Below are positions 1 to 10,236 of a stretch of DNA of 64,000 nt, piece by piece. Both the position numbers and the translations under genes were made by a program. Origin of the DNA: Patescibacteria group bacterium (GTDB lineage: Bacteria; Patescibacteriota; Minisyncoccia; Phycocordibacterales; Phycocordibacteraceae); contig JAZKIS010000004.1 in the NCBI GenBank assembly GCA_040384725.1, positions 1,256-65,255 of the forward strand. The letters run 5' to 3'. How positions within the stretch are numbered: position 1 is the stretch's first letter; each line of letters opens with the position of its first letter. The notes beneath the pieces are model-generated. The model was not told where the DNA came from and did no database searches. It saw nothing but the letters and a program-made list of their open reading frames with translations.

Positions 1-81
1 CCAGGGGCGGGACTCGAACCCGCACGACATTGCTGTCTGAGGTGTTTAAGACCTCTATGTCTACCATTCCATCACCCTGGC
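1..81 (-). tRNA. tRNA-Leu (anticodon UAA), 3' end cut by window edge
   Basis: Reverse complement folds as a class II tRNA: acceptor gccaggg, anticodon stem gaggt/acctc with loop cTTAAac, long variable arm, T-arm gcggg-ttcgagt-cccgc. The last acceptor nucleotide lies beyond position 1. Confidence 0.7.
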
Positions 82-208
82 GTATGTTGGAGTATACCTT
101 GGAGGCCCAGACGGAAATCGCATCCGTGCATAGCGGGTTTGCAATCCGCCGTGTTTCTACTTCACCACTGGGCCGTACCGCAATACTAGCGCGCAAGCGA
201 CGCTTTTG

Positions 209-562
209 CTACGTAGGCTCTTCTTCGTCCGCGGGGACTATGAGGCCGCGCGTCGCGTCCTCGAATGCCTGGCGAGCGCGCTCGCCCTTGTCGATCTCGA
301 ACCAGATGAAAGGAAGGCGAGCGAACCGGGTGGTCTTCTTCAGCTCATTCCGGAACAGATCCTTATGCCGCATTAAGAAGTCGATGGCGTTGCCTTCCTG
401 AGCCTCCGGATACACGCTCACATAGATGGTCGCGTTCTTGCGATCCTTCGAGAAGGTAGCGCGCATAGGCGTGATTAAGGTACCGCGACCCGCCTCACGG
501 GCGATGTAGCGTCCGATGTTCTCTAGGAGTATTGAAACTGCTCGTTCGTCTCGTGCGCTCAT
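209..562 (-). CDS. rbfA: ribosome-binding factor A
   Basis: 117 aa, RbfA-like sequence; lies immediately downstream of infB on the same strand, the conserved infB-rbfA arrangement. Confidence 0.8.
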   Translation of the reverse strand: MSARDERAVSILLENIGRYIAREAGRGTLITPMRATFSKDRKNATIYVSVYPEAQEGNAIDFLMRHKDLFRNELKKTTRFARLPFIWFEIDKGERARQAFEDATRGLIVPADEEEPT

Positions 563-563
563 A

Positions 564-2048
564 TTATTTTGTTTCGGTCATACGGAACGCGATAAGGGTG
601 TCTCCGGCTACGGTCTCGTGCTTGCTCTCGATCTGAAGGCCGAACTCGCCCTCGACCTTTATCTCGTTCACGTCCGCACGGGCAACCTGGAGGTTCGTGA
701 GCTTTGCGTTCCCGATGTGGAGTCCGCGACGATCGATCTTCACCTGATCGCCTACTGAAAGAACGCCGGAGTTCCAGCGCGCGCCGAGCACCTGCTTCAC
801 GCCCGCGGTGCTGAAGGCCTTCAGTATCTTCGCCTCGCCGAGGATCTCCTCGACGGTGATGCGCGGTGCGCGCTCAGTAACTAACTCCTCGATGCGCTCC
901 TTGAGGTTGTAGATGATCGAGAAGGTATCGATGGAGACATGCATGCGCTCTGCTGAGTCGCGCGCGGCAGAGTCAGTGCCGACGTTGAAGGCGATCACGT
1001 AGCCGTTACCGGCGGCGGCGGCTTTCACGTCGTTCTCAGAGACCGCGCCGATGCCTTCCATGACGATCTTTATGGTCACGCGATCGTGCTCGATCTTCGC
1101 GAGCTCATGCTTAATAGCGAGGATGCTGCCCGTCACGTCCGCCTTCAGGATAAGAGGGAGGAGCGTCTTCCCGTCGGCTTCCGGACGCTCCTGGGTATGC
1201 GCGGGATTCGCTTCAACGCCCTCGAGCGCGAGCTTCTCCGCGTCCTTCTTGTTCGTGGTCGTAAAGAAGGGCGTTCCAGCAGGTGGAAGGCTCGTCCATC
1301 CGCTGATGCGGATCGGCTGGGAGGGGAGCGCCTTGTCGATGCGTCCGCCCTTGAAATCCTCGATGAAGCGCACCGGCGCGAGTGCCGCTCCTGCGATTGC
1401 GAACGAGCCGACCGGAAGCGTCCCGTTCTTCATGATGAGCGTGGCGGAGAGTCCGCGCTTCGGATCCTGGGAGGACTCGAGCACGAATCCTTCTGCCGGA
1501 GCCTCAGGGTCGGCCGTAAGCTCGGCTAGGTCTGCGGTTAGGAGAACGAGATCAAGGAGCTCCGGAATACCCTCGCCTGATTTTGAGGAGACGCCCGTGA
1601 AAGGAATCGACCCTCCGAGACCCTCGAGGTAGATACCGCTCTCGAGCGCGGAGATACGAGCCTTCTCAATGTCAGCGCCTGCCTTGTCGATCTTCGTGAA
1701 CGCGACCACGAACGGGGTATTTGCCTCGGTGATGGCCTGGAACGCCTCGAGTGTCTGCGGCTTTACGCCTTCTTCAGCGGCGATAACGAGGATCGCGATG
1801 TCAGCGGCTGCGGCGCCGCGTGCACGGAGCGCACGGAACGCCTCGTGGCCCGGTGTATCAAGGAAGGTGATGCGGCGGCTCGTCCCTTCGTGCTCATGCT
1901 CCGCTTCGTAGGCGGATACGTGCTGCGTGATACCGCCCGCCTCGCCCGCAGTTACGTTCGCCTTACGGATATAGTCCAGCAAGGAAGACTTGCCGTGATC
2001 AATGTGTCCCATGACGGCCACGATCGGTGGTCGGGTGCTCGATGCCAT
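564..2048 (-). CDS. infB: translation initiation factor IF-2, short form lacking N-terminal extension
   Basis: 494 aa; G1 motif [15 protein letters not shown] and the DTPGHEAF switch; GTPase domain followed by beta-barrel and C-terminal domains typical of IF-2. Confidence 0.9.
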   Translation of the reverse strand: MASSTRPPIVAVMGHIDHGKSSLLDYIRKANVTAGEAGGITQHVSAYEAEHEHEGTSRRITFLDTPGHEAFRALRARGAAAADIAILVIAAEEGVKPQTLEAFQAITEANTPFVVAFTKIDKAGADIEKARISALESGIYLEGLGGSIPFTGVSSKSGEGIPELLDLVLLTADLAELTADPEAPAEGFVLESSQDPKRGLSATLIMKNGTLPVGSFAIAGAALAPVRFIEDFKGGRIDKALPSQPIRISGWTSLPPAGTPFFTTTNKKDAEKLALEGVEANPAHTQERPEADGKTLLPLILKADVTGSILAIKHELAKIEHDRVTIKIVMEGIGAVSENDVKAAAAGNGYVIAFNVGTDSAARDSAERMHVSIDTFSIIYNLKERIEELVTERAPRITVEEILGEAKILKAFSTAGVKQVLGARWNSGVLSVGDQVKIDRRGLHIGNAKLTNLQVARADVNEIKVEGEFGLQIESKHETVAGDTLIAFRMTETK

Positions 2049-2128
2049 AATGGTCCTGATTATCTCATAAAATAAGGCTTTTACAACTCCCTACCTGTTT
2101 CTATCGTGGATGGGCGTACAATACGTGC

Positions 2129-3304
2129 ATGCATAGGAAGCGCGTCTATCTCGATTGGGCAGCCGCAGCACCCGTATCTCCTCGGGTGAATCGTAGCTAT
2201 AGAAAGACCGCTAACGTGTTCGGGAACCCTTCGTCGCCTCACGCAGAGGGTCGACAAGCCAACGTGCTCCTCACGGATGCGCGCGTGCGCATCGCACGGC
2301 TTGCGGGCGTGAAGCAGGACGCCGTTATCTTCACCGGAGGCGCAACCGAAGCGAATGCTATCGCTATCGAGGGGCAGATTCGCGTGCTCAAAAAGAAAGG
2401 GGCGCGGCCGGAAGCACTGCACGTGCTCTATCTCCCGAGTGCGCATGCCTCAACGAGAGGCTGTATAGCCGGACTGGAAAAGGAGGGCGTCCAGGTGGAA
2501 CCTCTGATCGTCTTCGGAGGCATGATCGATCTCGCGGCCCTTAAAGGCCAGATTCGCCCTGAGACGGTGCTCGTAGCACTCGAAGCAGTATGCGGGGAGA
2601 CAGGCGCGCGCTTCGATACGCGCGGGGTACGCCAGGTGCTCGATCACGCGCGGAAGGAGGGCGGGACAAGGATCCGCATGCATGCGGACGCGAGTCAGCT
2701 GCCGCTCGTAGAATCGTTCGAGCTCACGCGTATCGCGTCCGACACCCTTACGCTCGATGCACAGAAAGTAGGCGGAGTGCGCGGGATAGGCGTCGTGCTC
2801 GCTCCAAGGCAGGTCTCGATCGAACCGTTGATGCAGGGAGGAGGGCAGGAGCGGGGGCTGCGCCCGGGCACGGAATCTAGCGGGCTCGCGAGCGCGTTCG
2901 CGTGCGCGCTCGAAGAGGCGCATGAGACCCATGCATCGTTCGCACTAAAGGCTCGGGTCCAGAGAGACCGTCTCGTAGAGCGTCTTACCGCTGCTATCGC
3001 CGCAGTAGAGGTAAACGGCGGAAAGAACACGGTGCCCCACATTCTCAATGTGTCGCTTCTCGGGAGGGACACCGACTATGTCGCGGCACTTCTTGATGAG
3101 GCAGGGTTTGCGATCTCGACCCGAAGCGCGTGCGCAACCGATGAGGAAGGCTCGGTTGCCGTGCGTGCATATAGCAATGATCCTGAGAGAGCGTCGTCGA
3201 CGCTGCGCGTATCCTGGGGTCCAACGACCACGGAGCGGGAGCTCGACCGCTTCACTGACGCCCTTGTCCGTGCAGTTCGATTCGTAGACACGAACACGGT
3301 ATAA
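2129..3304 (+). CDS. class V aminotransferase / cysteine desulfurase (NifS/IscS-like)
   Basis: 391 aa; N-terminal YLDWAAAAP...FGNPSSPHAEGRQA...IFTGGATEANA pattern typical of cysteine desulfurases. Confidence 0.75.
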   Translation: MHRKRVYLDWAAAAPVSPRVNRSYRKTANVFGNPSSPHAEGRQANVLLTDARVRIARLAGVKQDAVIFTGGATEANAIAIEGQIRVLKKKGARPEALHVLYLPSAHASTRGCIAGLEKEGVQVEPLIVFGGMIDLAALKGQIRPETVLVALEAVCGETGARFDTRGVRQVLDHARKEGGTRIRMHADASQLPLVESFELTRIASDTLTLDAQKVGGVRGIGVVLAPRQVSIEPLMQGGGQERGLRPGTESSGLASAFACALEEAHETHASFALKARVQRDRLVERLTAAIAAVEVNGGKNTVPHILNVSLLGRDTDYVAALLDEAGFAISTRSACATDEEGSVAVRAYSNDPERASSTLRVSWGPTTTERELDRFTDALVRAVRFVDTNTV

Positions 3305-3313
3305 TTTCCCTAT

Positions 3314-4066
3314 ATGAACATCGAGGACCTCACCAAGACGCAGCTTCTTCTTCTCACGATCCTGGTTAACTTCGTGACGGCCATCGCGACGGCCGTTATG
3401 ACGGTGTCCTTGCTCGATCAGGCGCCCCCGACGGTTACGCAGACCGTGAACCGTATCGTTGAGCGCACGGTTGAGACCGCGGCCCAGGCGCCGCTCCCGA
3501 CGATACCTGGCATCGCGGCGCCCGCGAAGGAAACGATCGTGATCCGTGACGAGGACCTCCTCTCTGCCGCTATCCGTGCGGACGCCGGACGCCGCGTCAT
3601 GATCCATAAGGGAGCGACTACCACCCCGGTCCTCGCTATCGGTACGTACCTTCCGGACAAGCGCGCCGTTGTGACCGCGTCGGGTGCCGCACTCCCGAAG
3701 GAAGCCACCATCGTGTTCGCGAACGGCGCGACCGCCGAGGCATCGCTCTCACGCGCAGGCGCTACCCTTACGATCTTCGGATTCTCCGATACCGCAGCGC
3801 TTCCTGCCGCTACGACGCCTGACCTGGTTGCCGCCGCAAGCCTCAACCAGGGCCAGACGCTCGTGTCGCTCACGCGCGAGCTCGCCGCGGTATCGGGCAT
3901 CATTTCTATCGTCGACGAGACGGGTATCCGCGCGAACGTAACCGGCGTGCCGCCCGGTGCCGCCGCGGTTAACATCTCAGGGGACATCATAGGCATCGCG
4001 ACCTCGGTTCCCGGCGTCTTCGCCCCTGCAGACCGTATCAACACGCTCCTCTCTGAGGCGCCGTAA
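3314..4066 (+). CDS. membrane-anchored hypothetical protein with a degenerate trypsin-like (DegP-like) C-terminal region
   Basis: N-terminal TM helix; C-terminal PPGAAAVNISGDIIGIATSV aligns with the DegP GNSGGALVNLNGELIGINTAI motif, but the catalytic Ser is replaced. Confidence 0.5.
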   Translation: MNIEDLTKTQLLLLTILVNFVTAIATAVMTVSLLDQAPPTVTQTVNRIVERTVETAAQAPLPTIPGIAAPAKETIVIRDEDLLSAAIRADAGRRVMIHKGATTTPVLAIGTYLPDKRAVVTASGAALPKEATIVFANGATAEASLSRAGATLTIFGFSDTAALPAATTPDLVAAASLNQGQTLVSLTRELAAVSGIISIVDETGIRANVTGVPPGAAAVNISGDIIGIATSVPGVFAPADRINTLLSEAP

Positions 4067-4114
4067 TCAGGTGCATTCTGGTTCGTCATTATTAGTGTAA
4101 GACTCTATCCCCCT

Positions 4115-6799
4115 ATGCCCCCCTTCAAGAATTTCACCGCAAAGGCTAAGGAAGCCATCAGGAAAGCGCACGAGCTCGCCATTGAGCGTGGACAGAACCA
4201 CGTGAGTTCCTTGCATCTCCTTACGGCCCTCATACATCAGGAGGAGAGTCTCGTCTTCTCCGTGCTCGATCGCATGGACGTCGACACTATGATGTTCGCG
4301 GACACGCTTCTCGAGACGCTTGAGATCCCGGAGACGTCGTCGACGTTGTCACCATCCTACAACCTCTACCTCACGCCCGACCTCGCGCAGGCGCTCGAGG
4401 CGGTAGACAAGGTCGCGGCCCGCATGGGCGACGCGTTCGTCGGTACCGAGCACCTGTTCGTAACGGTGCTCGAGCACCCGGGGCCAGCTGCGGAGATTCT
4501 CACGCGCTTCCGCATCGATTCCGATACCGTGCTCCAGCTTCTTAAGGACCTCAAGTCCGCAAAAGACGGGGAAGTGAAGGAACCGAAGAAGTTCCGCGCG
4601 CTCGCGAAGTACACGCGCAACCTCACGAAGATGGCTGCAGAGAATGCGCTCGATCCCGTTATCGGCCGCGATCAGGAGATCGGACGTGTCGTGCAGATCC
4701 TTTCGCGCCGAACGAAGAACAACCCGGTCCTTATCGGCGAGCCAGGAACAGGCAAGACAACCATCGCAGAGGGACTCGCGACGCGTATCGCCACCGGCGA
4801 CGTGCCGGAGTCACTCAAGGGCAAGGAACTCCTTTCGTTGGATCTCGGCCTCATGATCGCAGGAACGAAGTATCGAGGCGAGTTCGAGGAGCGCATGAAG
4901 GCGGTCATGAAGGAAGTGGAGAAGTCTGACGGGAAGGTAATCCTCTTCGTCGACGAGCTCCATACCATCGTTGGCGCGGGTGCCGCTGAAGGCGCGCTCG
5001 ACGCATCGAACATGCTGAAGCCTGCGCTCTCGCGCGGCGAGATCCGCATGATCGGCGCAACCACTATAAAGGAATACCAGCAGCACATCGAGAAGGACGG
5101 CGCGCTTACGCGTCGCTTCCAGCCAGTGTATGTCGAGGAGCCGTCGATCGAGGACGCCACGGCGATCCTTCGCGGGCTTCGCGATAAGTACGAGCTCTTC
5201 CATGGGGTGCGCATAACGGACGGCGCGGTGGTCTCAGCGGTGGAGCTCTCGAGCCGCTACATTACGGATCGCTACCTTCCGGACAAGGCTGTCGACCTTA
5301 TTGACGAGGCCGCGTCAGGCTTGCGCATCGCGCTTGAGAACAAGCCGCCGGCGCTCGAAGAGACCGACCGAAAGATCCGCAGGCTCGAGATAGAGCGCGA
5401 GGCTCTCAAGAAGGATGAGGAAGGAGACCATGCCAAAGACATGAAGGTGCGTCTTGCGGCGATTGATACGGAGATCGCTGACCTTCGGGAGAAGACTGCC
5501 GAGCTCGAGCTCAAGTGGAAGAACGAGAAGGAGGTGCTCGAGTCGATCCGTACGCTCAAGACCGAGCTCGATAAGGCAAGGGTCGAGGCGGATAACGCGG
5601 AAGCCATGGCAGACCTCGGCACCGCAGCAGAGATCCGTTACGGACGCATGCCAGCCCTCCAGAAGGAGCTCGATACGAAGACGAAGCGCCTGAAGACGCT
5701 CCAGAAATCACGCCGCATCCTCCATGAGGAGGTAACAGAGGCGGAGATCGCAGGCGTCGTCGCTCGCTGGACCGGTATCCCGGTAGCGAAGATGCTCGAA
5801 GAGGAAGCAGCGAAGCTCGCACGTATGGAAGAGGCGCTCACAGGAGCCGTTATCGGCCAGAACAGCGCAGTTTCGATAATCACGAACGCCGTGAAGCGCT
5901 CACGGGTGGGCATCAGTGACCCGAACCGCCCTATCGGCTCGTTCCTCTTCCTTGGGCCGACCGGCGTCGGAAAGACGGAGCTCTCGCGCAGGCTCGCCGA
6001 GTTCATGTTCAACGACAAGGAGTCCTTGGTGCGTGTCGACATGTCCGAGTTCATGGAGAAGCATTCGATCGCGAAATTGATCGGTGCGCCTCCAGGTTAT
6101 GTTGGCTACGAGGAGGCAGGGTCCCTCACTGAGCGGATCCGCCATCGACCTTATGCGGTAATCCTCTTCGATGAGATCGAGAAGGCGCACAGCGAGGTGT
6201 TCAATATTCTCTTGCAGGTCCTTGATTCAGGACACCTTACCGACGGGAAGGGCAGGAAGGTGAACTTCAAGAACACCATCATCGTCCTCACGTCGAATAT
6301 CGGCGCCGAGTTCATGGATCGCGCAGCGAACATCGGCTTTGCCCCCGGAGACGGCTCTGCATCCGCCGAGGCGGCACAGATGAAAGAGAAGGTCATGGGC
6401 GCGCTCAAGGATCACTTCCGTCCTGAGTTCCTCAACCGTCTCGACGACATCGTCATGTTCGACTCGCTCTCGAAGGAGGCGCTCATGGATATCGTCGAGG
6501 TGCAGGTCGCGGAGATCGTGGAGCGCCTCTCTAACAAGCGCATCACCCTCACGATCACCCCTGAGGTCCGTGCCTGGCTCGCCGAGAAGGGATATAACCC
6601 GCAGTACGGCGCGCGGCCCTTGAAGCGTGCCGTCCAGGACCATATCCTTACGCCGATCGCCACCCTCATGGTTGGCCAGGGCGTTATGGAGGGCGGAACC
6701 GTGAACGTAACCCTTAAGAGCGGAGAGCCGCACTTCGAAGCGAAGAAGGTGGCAGGGCGTCCGAGGCCTCGAGCCAAGGCCGTTGCGCAGGCGAGCTAG
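4115..6799 (+). CDS. clpB: ATP-dependent chaperone ClpB
   Basis: 894 aa; Clp N-domain; two AAA+ modules (GEPGTGKT and GPTGVGKTE Walker A) separated by a coiled-coil middle domain. Confidence 0.92.
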   Translation: MPPFKNFTAKAKEAIRKAHELAIERGQNHVSSLHLLTALIHQEESLVFSVLDRMDVDTMMFADTLLETLEIPETSSTLSPSYNLYLTPDLAQALEAVDKVAARMGDAFVGTEHLFVTVLEHPGPAAEILTRFRIDSDTVLQLLKDLKSAKDGEVKEPKKFRALAKYTRNLTKMAAENALDPVIGRDQEIGRVVQILSRRTKNNPVLIGEPGTGKTTIAEGLATRIATGDVPESLKGKELLSLDLGLMIAGTKYRGEFEERMKAVMKEVEKSDGKVILFVDELHTIVGAGAAEGALDASNMLKPALSRGEIRMIGATTIKEYQQHIEKDGALTRRFQPVYVEEPSIEDATAILRGLRDKYELFHGVRITDGAVVSAVELSSRYITDRYLPDKAVDLIDEAASGLRIALENKPPALEETDRKIRRLEIEREALKKDEEGDHAKDMKVRLAAIDTEIADLREKTAELELKWKNEKEVLESIRTLKTELDKARVEADNAEAMADLGTAAEIRYGRMPALQKELDTKTKRLKTLQKSRRILHEEVTEAEIAGVVARWTGIPVAKMLEEEAAKLARMEEALTGAVIGQNSAVSIITNAVKRSRVGISDPNRPIGSFLFLGPTGVGKTELSRRLAEFMFNDKESLVRVDMSEFMEKHSIAKLIGAPPGYVGYEEAGSLTERIRHRPYAVILFDEIEKAHSEVFNILLQVLDSGHLTDGKGRKVNFKNTIIVLTSNIGAEFMDRAANIGFAPGDGSASAEAAQMKEKVMGALKDHFRPEFLNRLDDIVMFDSLSKEALMDIVEVQVAEIVERLSNKRITLTITPEVRAWLAEKGYNPQYGARPLKRAVQDHILTPIATLMVGQGVMEGGTVNVTLKSGEPHFEAKKVAGRPRPRAKAVAQAS

Positions 6800-6821
6800 G
6801 GCTGGTATAGTCCTCCTATCT

Positions 6822-6974
6822 ATGTCACAGGATCGTCTCATACTACTGCGCTCTGCTTCCGGGCACGTTCGCCGTACGCGCAAGAACAAGAAGAAGGTAG
6901 AGCGTAAGATCGAGCTCAAGAAGTTCGATCCGAACACCCGCACCCGCGAGATCTACAAGGAAGTTAAGAAATAA
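6822..6974 (+). CDS. rpmG: 50S ribosomal protein L33
   Basis: 50 aa: MSQDRLILLRSASGHVRRTRKNKKKVERKIELKKFDPNTRTREIYKEVKK, matching the L33 pattern (SAGTGHFYTTTKNKR...LELKKFDP...KE.K). The six-frame ORF starts earlier at 6783; TATAGT sits 10 nt upstream of the ATG at 6822. Confidence 0.8.
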   Translation: MSQDRLILLRSASGHVRRTRKNKKKVERKIELKKFDPNTRTREIYKEVKK

Positions 6975-6979
6975 GAGAA

Positions 6980-7010
6980 AGCCGCCCGAAAGGGCGGTTT
7001 CTCGTTTTCG
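6980..7010 (+). terminator. rho-independent terminator after rpmG
   Basis: Hairpin ccgccc-gaaa-gggcgg followed by tttctcgttttcg. Confidence 0.7.
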
Positions 7011-7035
7011 TATTGAAATTGCTTCTGGGGAAATG

Positions 7036-7062
7036 GAAAAACCGTCCGGAGACGGTTTTTCC
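7036..7062. terminator. second hairpin with A-run/T-run, bidirectional terminator-like
   Basis: aaaaaccgtc cgga gacggttttt is palindromic, with an A-tract 5' and a T-tract 3'. Confidence 0.5.
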
Positions 7063-7212
7063 AGTACGTTCGCGAGCCTGCCGACCGGGGCCTGCGAACT
7101 TGCGAACGTTCAAGTAATTTATACTAAGTGGTTTTTGCTGTCAATACCCCAAAGGCCCGTTGTGCATAATGCGTGACTGACGATGCCTTGAGGATAATAA
7201 GCGTGCTATATC

Positions 7213-7241
7213 TTGACTTTTCTCGCTAAAATTGCTTATAT
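7213..7241 (+). promoter_or_regulatory. sigma70-type promoter (TTGACT-17-TTATAT)
   Basis: TTGACT at 7213-7218, 17-nt spacer, TTATAT at 7236-7241; lies upstream of the ORF starting at 7280. Confidence 0.55.
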
Positions 7242-7279
7242 CGAAACAGAACAACCCTGTTCTCTATGAGGTAGACATA

Positions 7280-7753
7280 ATGGCTAGAACTGCAGTCGCC
7301 ACCCTCGACAACGCTGTCCCAACTCCGATCGTGGAAACAGGGCAGGCATACGGACTGACCGCACCGGAAACGGAACGGATCGTCGTCCTGATGCGGGATC
7401 ACCAAACGAACCTTCCGGCTATCCGCTCGATGCTCGAGACCGGCTTGTCGATTCTCGAGGTCGAGCAAGTCCTCGACACTCGCACGCGAGTGCAGGCGGA
7501 GCTGGAAGGACAGTCGGTCAGCCTGAAACAGATCATTCGTTTCCAGGAAGACTTTCCGAGCATGCCACTCCAGTCCGATGTGCTGGTCCAGACCCTGCTG
7601 AACATCCATGATCGATTCCAGACCAACTATCTCGATCAGATGCTGAAGCAGCTCATGGTCCTGCATGCACGTCATCCGGATGCGCTGCCTGAAACCCTGG
7701 CCGATATTCTGGCCGGAGAATCGGATCTCGATTTCAATCAAGCTGAAGAGTAG
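7280..7753 (+). CDS. hypothetical protein
   Basis: ORF in an AT-richer region; start taken at MARTAV (TAGACATA directly upstream). No recognisable domain. Confidence 0.5.
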   Translation: MARTAVATLDNAVPTPIVETGQAYGLTAPETERIVVLMRDHQTNLPAIRSMLETGLSILEVEQVLDTRTRVQAELEGQSVSLKQIIRFQEDFPSMPLQSDVLVQTLLNIHDRFQTNYLDQMLKQLMVLHARHPDALPETLADILAGESDLDFNQAEE

Positions 7754-7761
7754 GAGTAAGA

Positions 7762-8586
7762 ATGGCCGATCCAAATCCGTTTGAAGTGCTTGGCCTCGCT
7801 CCTGACGCTTTGCGCGGAAGGAGCGAGGAAAAGATCCGCGCGCTCGTAAAGCTCTTCGGGCGCTCGTTGTCGCAGGTCGAGCATCCTGACGTCGAAGGCG
7901 GGGATATGGCACGCTTCAAAACCGTACAAGCGGCGTTGAGCGAGCTCGAAGACCCGGAGAGGTTCAAGAAGCACAAGGATGCGTACCTTGAGCCGCGAAA
8001 GACGAAGCTCGAAAAGCTCTCCTCTGACCTGCAGTCTGCAACAGCTGTCGCACGGAGGACCAAGAGGCAGCGCGAGGAATACCAGAAGGCGATAGCAGGA
8101 GCCCTATCTCGTCCTCACATACGAGACCTTAGCGGCTTCCAGCTTACGCTTCACGATACCCTCGAGTACGAACGCCAGTACGAACGCCACATGTCGAGAA
8201 CCCAGATGGCCGCACTCTTCTCGAAGCTGACCTTCAAGGCTGACGGTTCTGTCACCCATGAGCGTCAACGAAGAGAGGTGAACGTACTCAGGACTCCTCT
8301 CGGCTGCATTCCGAAGCAGTCGCTTACCGTGCGCGGGGGGATACTCGGCTTGCTGAACAGCTGCCAACCCTCCCTCGACACGGCACGGATCTCAGGTAAG
8401 AGCCGTTCCGGCCCCGTTCCGGGCACGCGCAAAATTCCTTGGGTCTATGCGGAGCCTATCCTGAAAAGACTGACGCCTCAGATAGTTCCTGATTCGTTTC
8501 TCTTCTCTGCGGTACGCGACGACGAAGACATCAAACTTTATTTTGAAGGGTTTCTCTTCAAAATCGATCCCATCAGTCCTTCGTGA
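7762..8586 (+). CDS. J-domain (DnaJ-like) protein
   Basis: N-terminal NPFEVLGLAPDA...LVKLFGRSLSQVEHPDVEGGD carries the J-domain signature and HPD motif. AGGAG Shine-Dalgarno 7 nt upstream. Confidence 0.6.
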   Translation: MADPNPFEVLGLAPDALRGRSEEKIRALVKLFGRSLSQVEHPDVEGGDMARFKTVQAALSELEDPERFKKHKDAYLEPRKTKLEKLSSDLQSATAVARRTKRQREEYQKAIAGALSRPHIRDLSGFQLTLHDTLEYERQYERHMSRTQMAALFSKLTFKADGSVTHERQRREVNVLRTPLGCIPKQSLTVRGGILGLLNSCQPSLDTARISGKSRSGPVPGTRKIPWVYAEPILKRLTPQIVPDSFLFSAVRDDEDIKLYFEGFLFKIDPISPS

Positions 8587-8789
8587 CTGGTGGGGTTTCT
8601 TTTATGCAGATAGTAGCGGGCCCACTGCAAATAGAATGGAACACCATTGAGCAAACTATCCTGCATTGGGAGCATGTATCTCCTGTCTATAACACCATCT
8701 TTAAGAAATGAAGGTCTCCCGATTTGCACAGACGTATGGTTCTCAGGTACTTAGGAGAAATAATTAGCCTCAGGAGTATACTGAGCACT

Positions 8790-9614
8790 ATGAGACAAGG
8801 ATTCCCTAGCATGCCGCTATCAAGTTCATCTGAACCTAAAAAAGGTGCAGAAGGCACAGCAAACCTTGAAGAGAACGAATCCTTGCTATTCTTCGAACGT
8901 CTTGCAAATCCTCGTATCAGGACGCAACTTCTAGACCTTCTTTATAAGGGGGAAGAAATGGCAGCAGGACAGGACTATACAGAGATCCTTGAAGAAGACG
9001 GTGAGAATGTGCAGTTCGTGGATAAGCTATATGTTCCTAAGTCCAGACAACAAGTAGCAGAGGAGCTAGAACAGCGCATCAGAGTGGTGGAAGGCTATAC
9101 GCCCATCGAGTTCTCCGACAAGATGCCTACTGCTGAAAGTATGACAGTCGGGGAATGGAAAATATACGGAAAGCTTCTGACCGTAAAGCAAAAGAGTATC
9201 GCAGAAGCGCATGAGAAGGGACATGTCATACGCCCGTTCGATGAACGATTCCCATTCTTCAACGAATACTTTCAGAGCGGGTTCGATCTGAGTGTATCGG
9301 TCTTTACAGACGAGGAGATTGAAGAGCTGAGAAAGCAGGGAGACAATGGTCCCGAAATACCCACCGAACACATCATAGAAGGCGGGATGCTGTATCTCTT
9401 TTCAGCTATGGAGATTGCCGAGCGCATGGCCCAGCTCAAGAACTATTTTGGCATGAAAGGAGACGAGCAATTAACCGCTGAGCAGTTGGCTCATGCTAGA
9501 GCACACTACGTAGAAGATACCGGCCTCGACAACAATATGACCTCGTTCTTCAAGGCTATTACACCTCAAACAGAAAAGAGATTTCTAGAACTGATTAATA
9601 CGTCGGGGATATAG
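8790..9614 (+). CDS. hypothetical protein
   Basis: 275 aa acidic protein; start chosen at MRQGFPS (TATACT 8 nt upstream). No recognised domain. Confidence 0.5.
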   Translation: MRQGFPSMPLSSSSEPKKGAEGTANLEENESLLFFERLANPRIRTQLLDLLYKGEEMAAGQDYTEILEEDGENVQFVDKLYVPKSRQQVAEELEQRIRVVEGYTPIEFSDKMPTAESMTVGEWKIYGKLLTVKQKSIAEAHEKGHVIRPFDERFPFFNEYFQSGFDLSVSVFTDEEIEELRKQGDNGPEIPTEHIIEGGMLYLFSAMEIAERMAQLKNYFGMKGDEQLTAEQLAHARAHYVEDTGLDNNMTSFFKAITPQTEKRFLELINTSGI

Positions 9615-9627
9615 AAATGAAGCAAAT

Positions 9628-9654
9628 TTGACATACAATACTATATTGTAGAAT
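9628..9654 (+). promoter_or_regulatory. sigma70-type promoter (TTGACA-15-TAGAAT, with TG extension)
   Basis: TTGACA at 9628, TAGAAT at 9649, in an AT-rich intergenic stretch upstream of ORF 9688. Confidence 0.5.
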
Positions 9655-9687
9655 AATACATTCAGAACTTTCAATGGAGATACTTCT

Positions 9688-9972
9688 ATGGCCCGTGGCC
9701 CGCAACAGCACAACCGTCGGAACGAGTGGTTGCATTTCTTCGCAGGATCGCCTCAGCGACTCGCGTGGACGGCAGTGGGGCTGTTCGTGGTCTTTGCCAT
9801 GTTCTTCCCGATCTCAGCTTCAATCGTCCTTAACAATGTCCTGACGGCATTCGTTAACTCCTTCGGACCGTCTGCCGGACCCCTGCTCGCGATCGCTATC
9901 TCGGTCTGGGCCATCTGGTACGTCATGATTCGGCCGTTCAGGGCGAAGAAGAAAAAGAAGTCCGATCACTGA
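9688..9972 (+). CDS. small integral membrane protein
   Basis: 94 aa with two hydrophobic helices and a KKKKK C-terminal tail. Confidence 0.5.
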   Translation: MARGPQQHNRRNEWLHFFAGSPQRLAWTAVGLFVVFAMFFPISASIVLNNVLTAFVNSFGPSAGPLLAIAISVWAIWYVMIRPFRAKKKKKSDH

Positions 9973-9990
9973 TTCTCGCTGCTCGTTCGC

Positions 9991-10022
9991 AAGCCCCGCA
10001 CACTGATGCGGGGCTTTTGAAT
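9991..10022 (+). terminator. rho-independent terminator
   Basis: aagccccgca cactga tgcggggctt followed by ttga. Confidence 0.6.
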
Positions 10023-10173
10023 ATGGAACGCTCAAATTGTTTCGGATTTCCTGACGAATCAGTAGATACTGAATCCCAGTTGGCGGGCTCTGACGGAGGA
10101 TTTTAGAACTATCGATTGGGCAGGAGAATATCCGTTTTCTGAGACTGTGTTACATGAGCTTGAGAAGTTGTTT

Positions 10174-10221
10174 GCATAAAAGAAAGCCGCCCGGAGGAGC
10201 GGCGAAGGTACTCCTCCGGGC
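10174..10221 (-). terminator. terminator for minus-strand gene 10237-11217 (palindromic, possibly bidirectional)
   Basis: 11-bp stem gcccggaggag / ctcctccgggc; the minus strand reads the hairpin followed by ctttcttttat. Confidence 0.65.
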
Positions 10222-10236
10222 TCATCCGAGCGGTTT

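Noticed and set aside
7553-8813. Shared FPSMPL hexapeptide (and its roughly 18-nt DNA match) in ORFs 7280-7753 and 8790-9614.
   Set aside because: It is a single short match with no extended similarity between the two proteins, so it is most likely coincidence.
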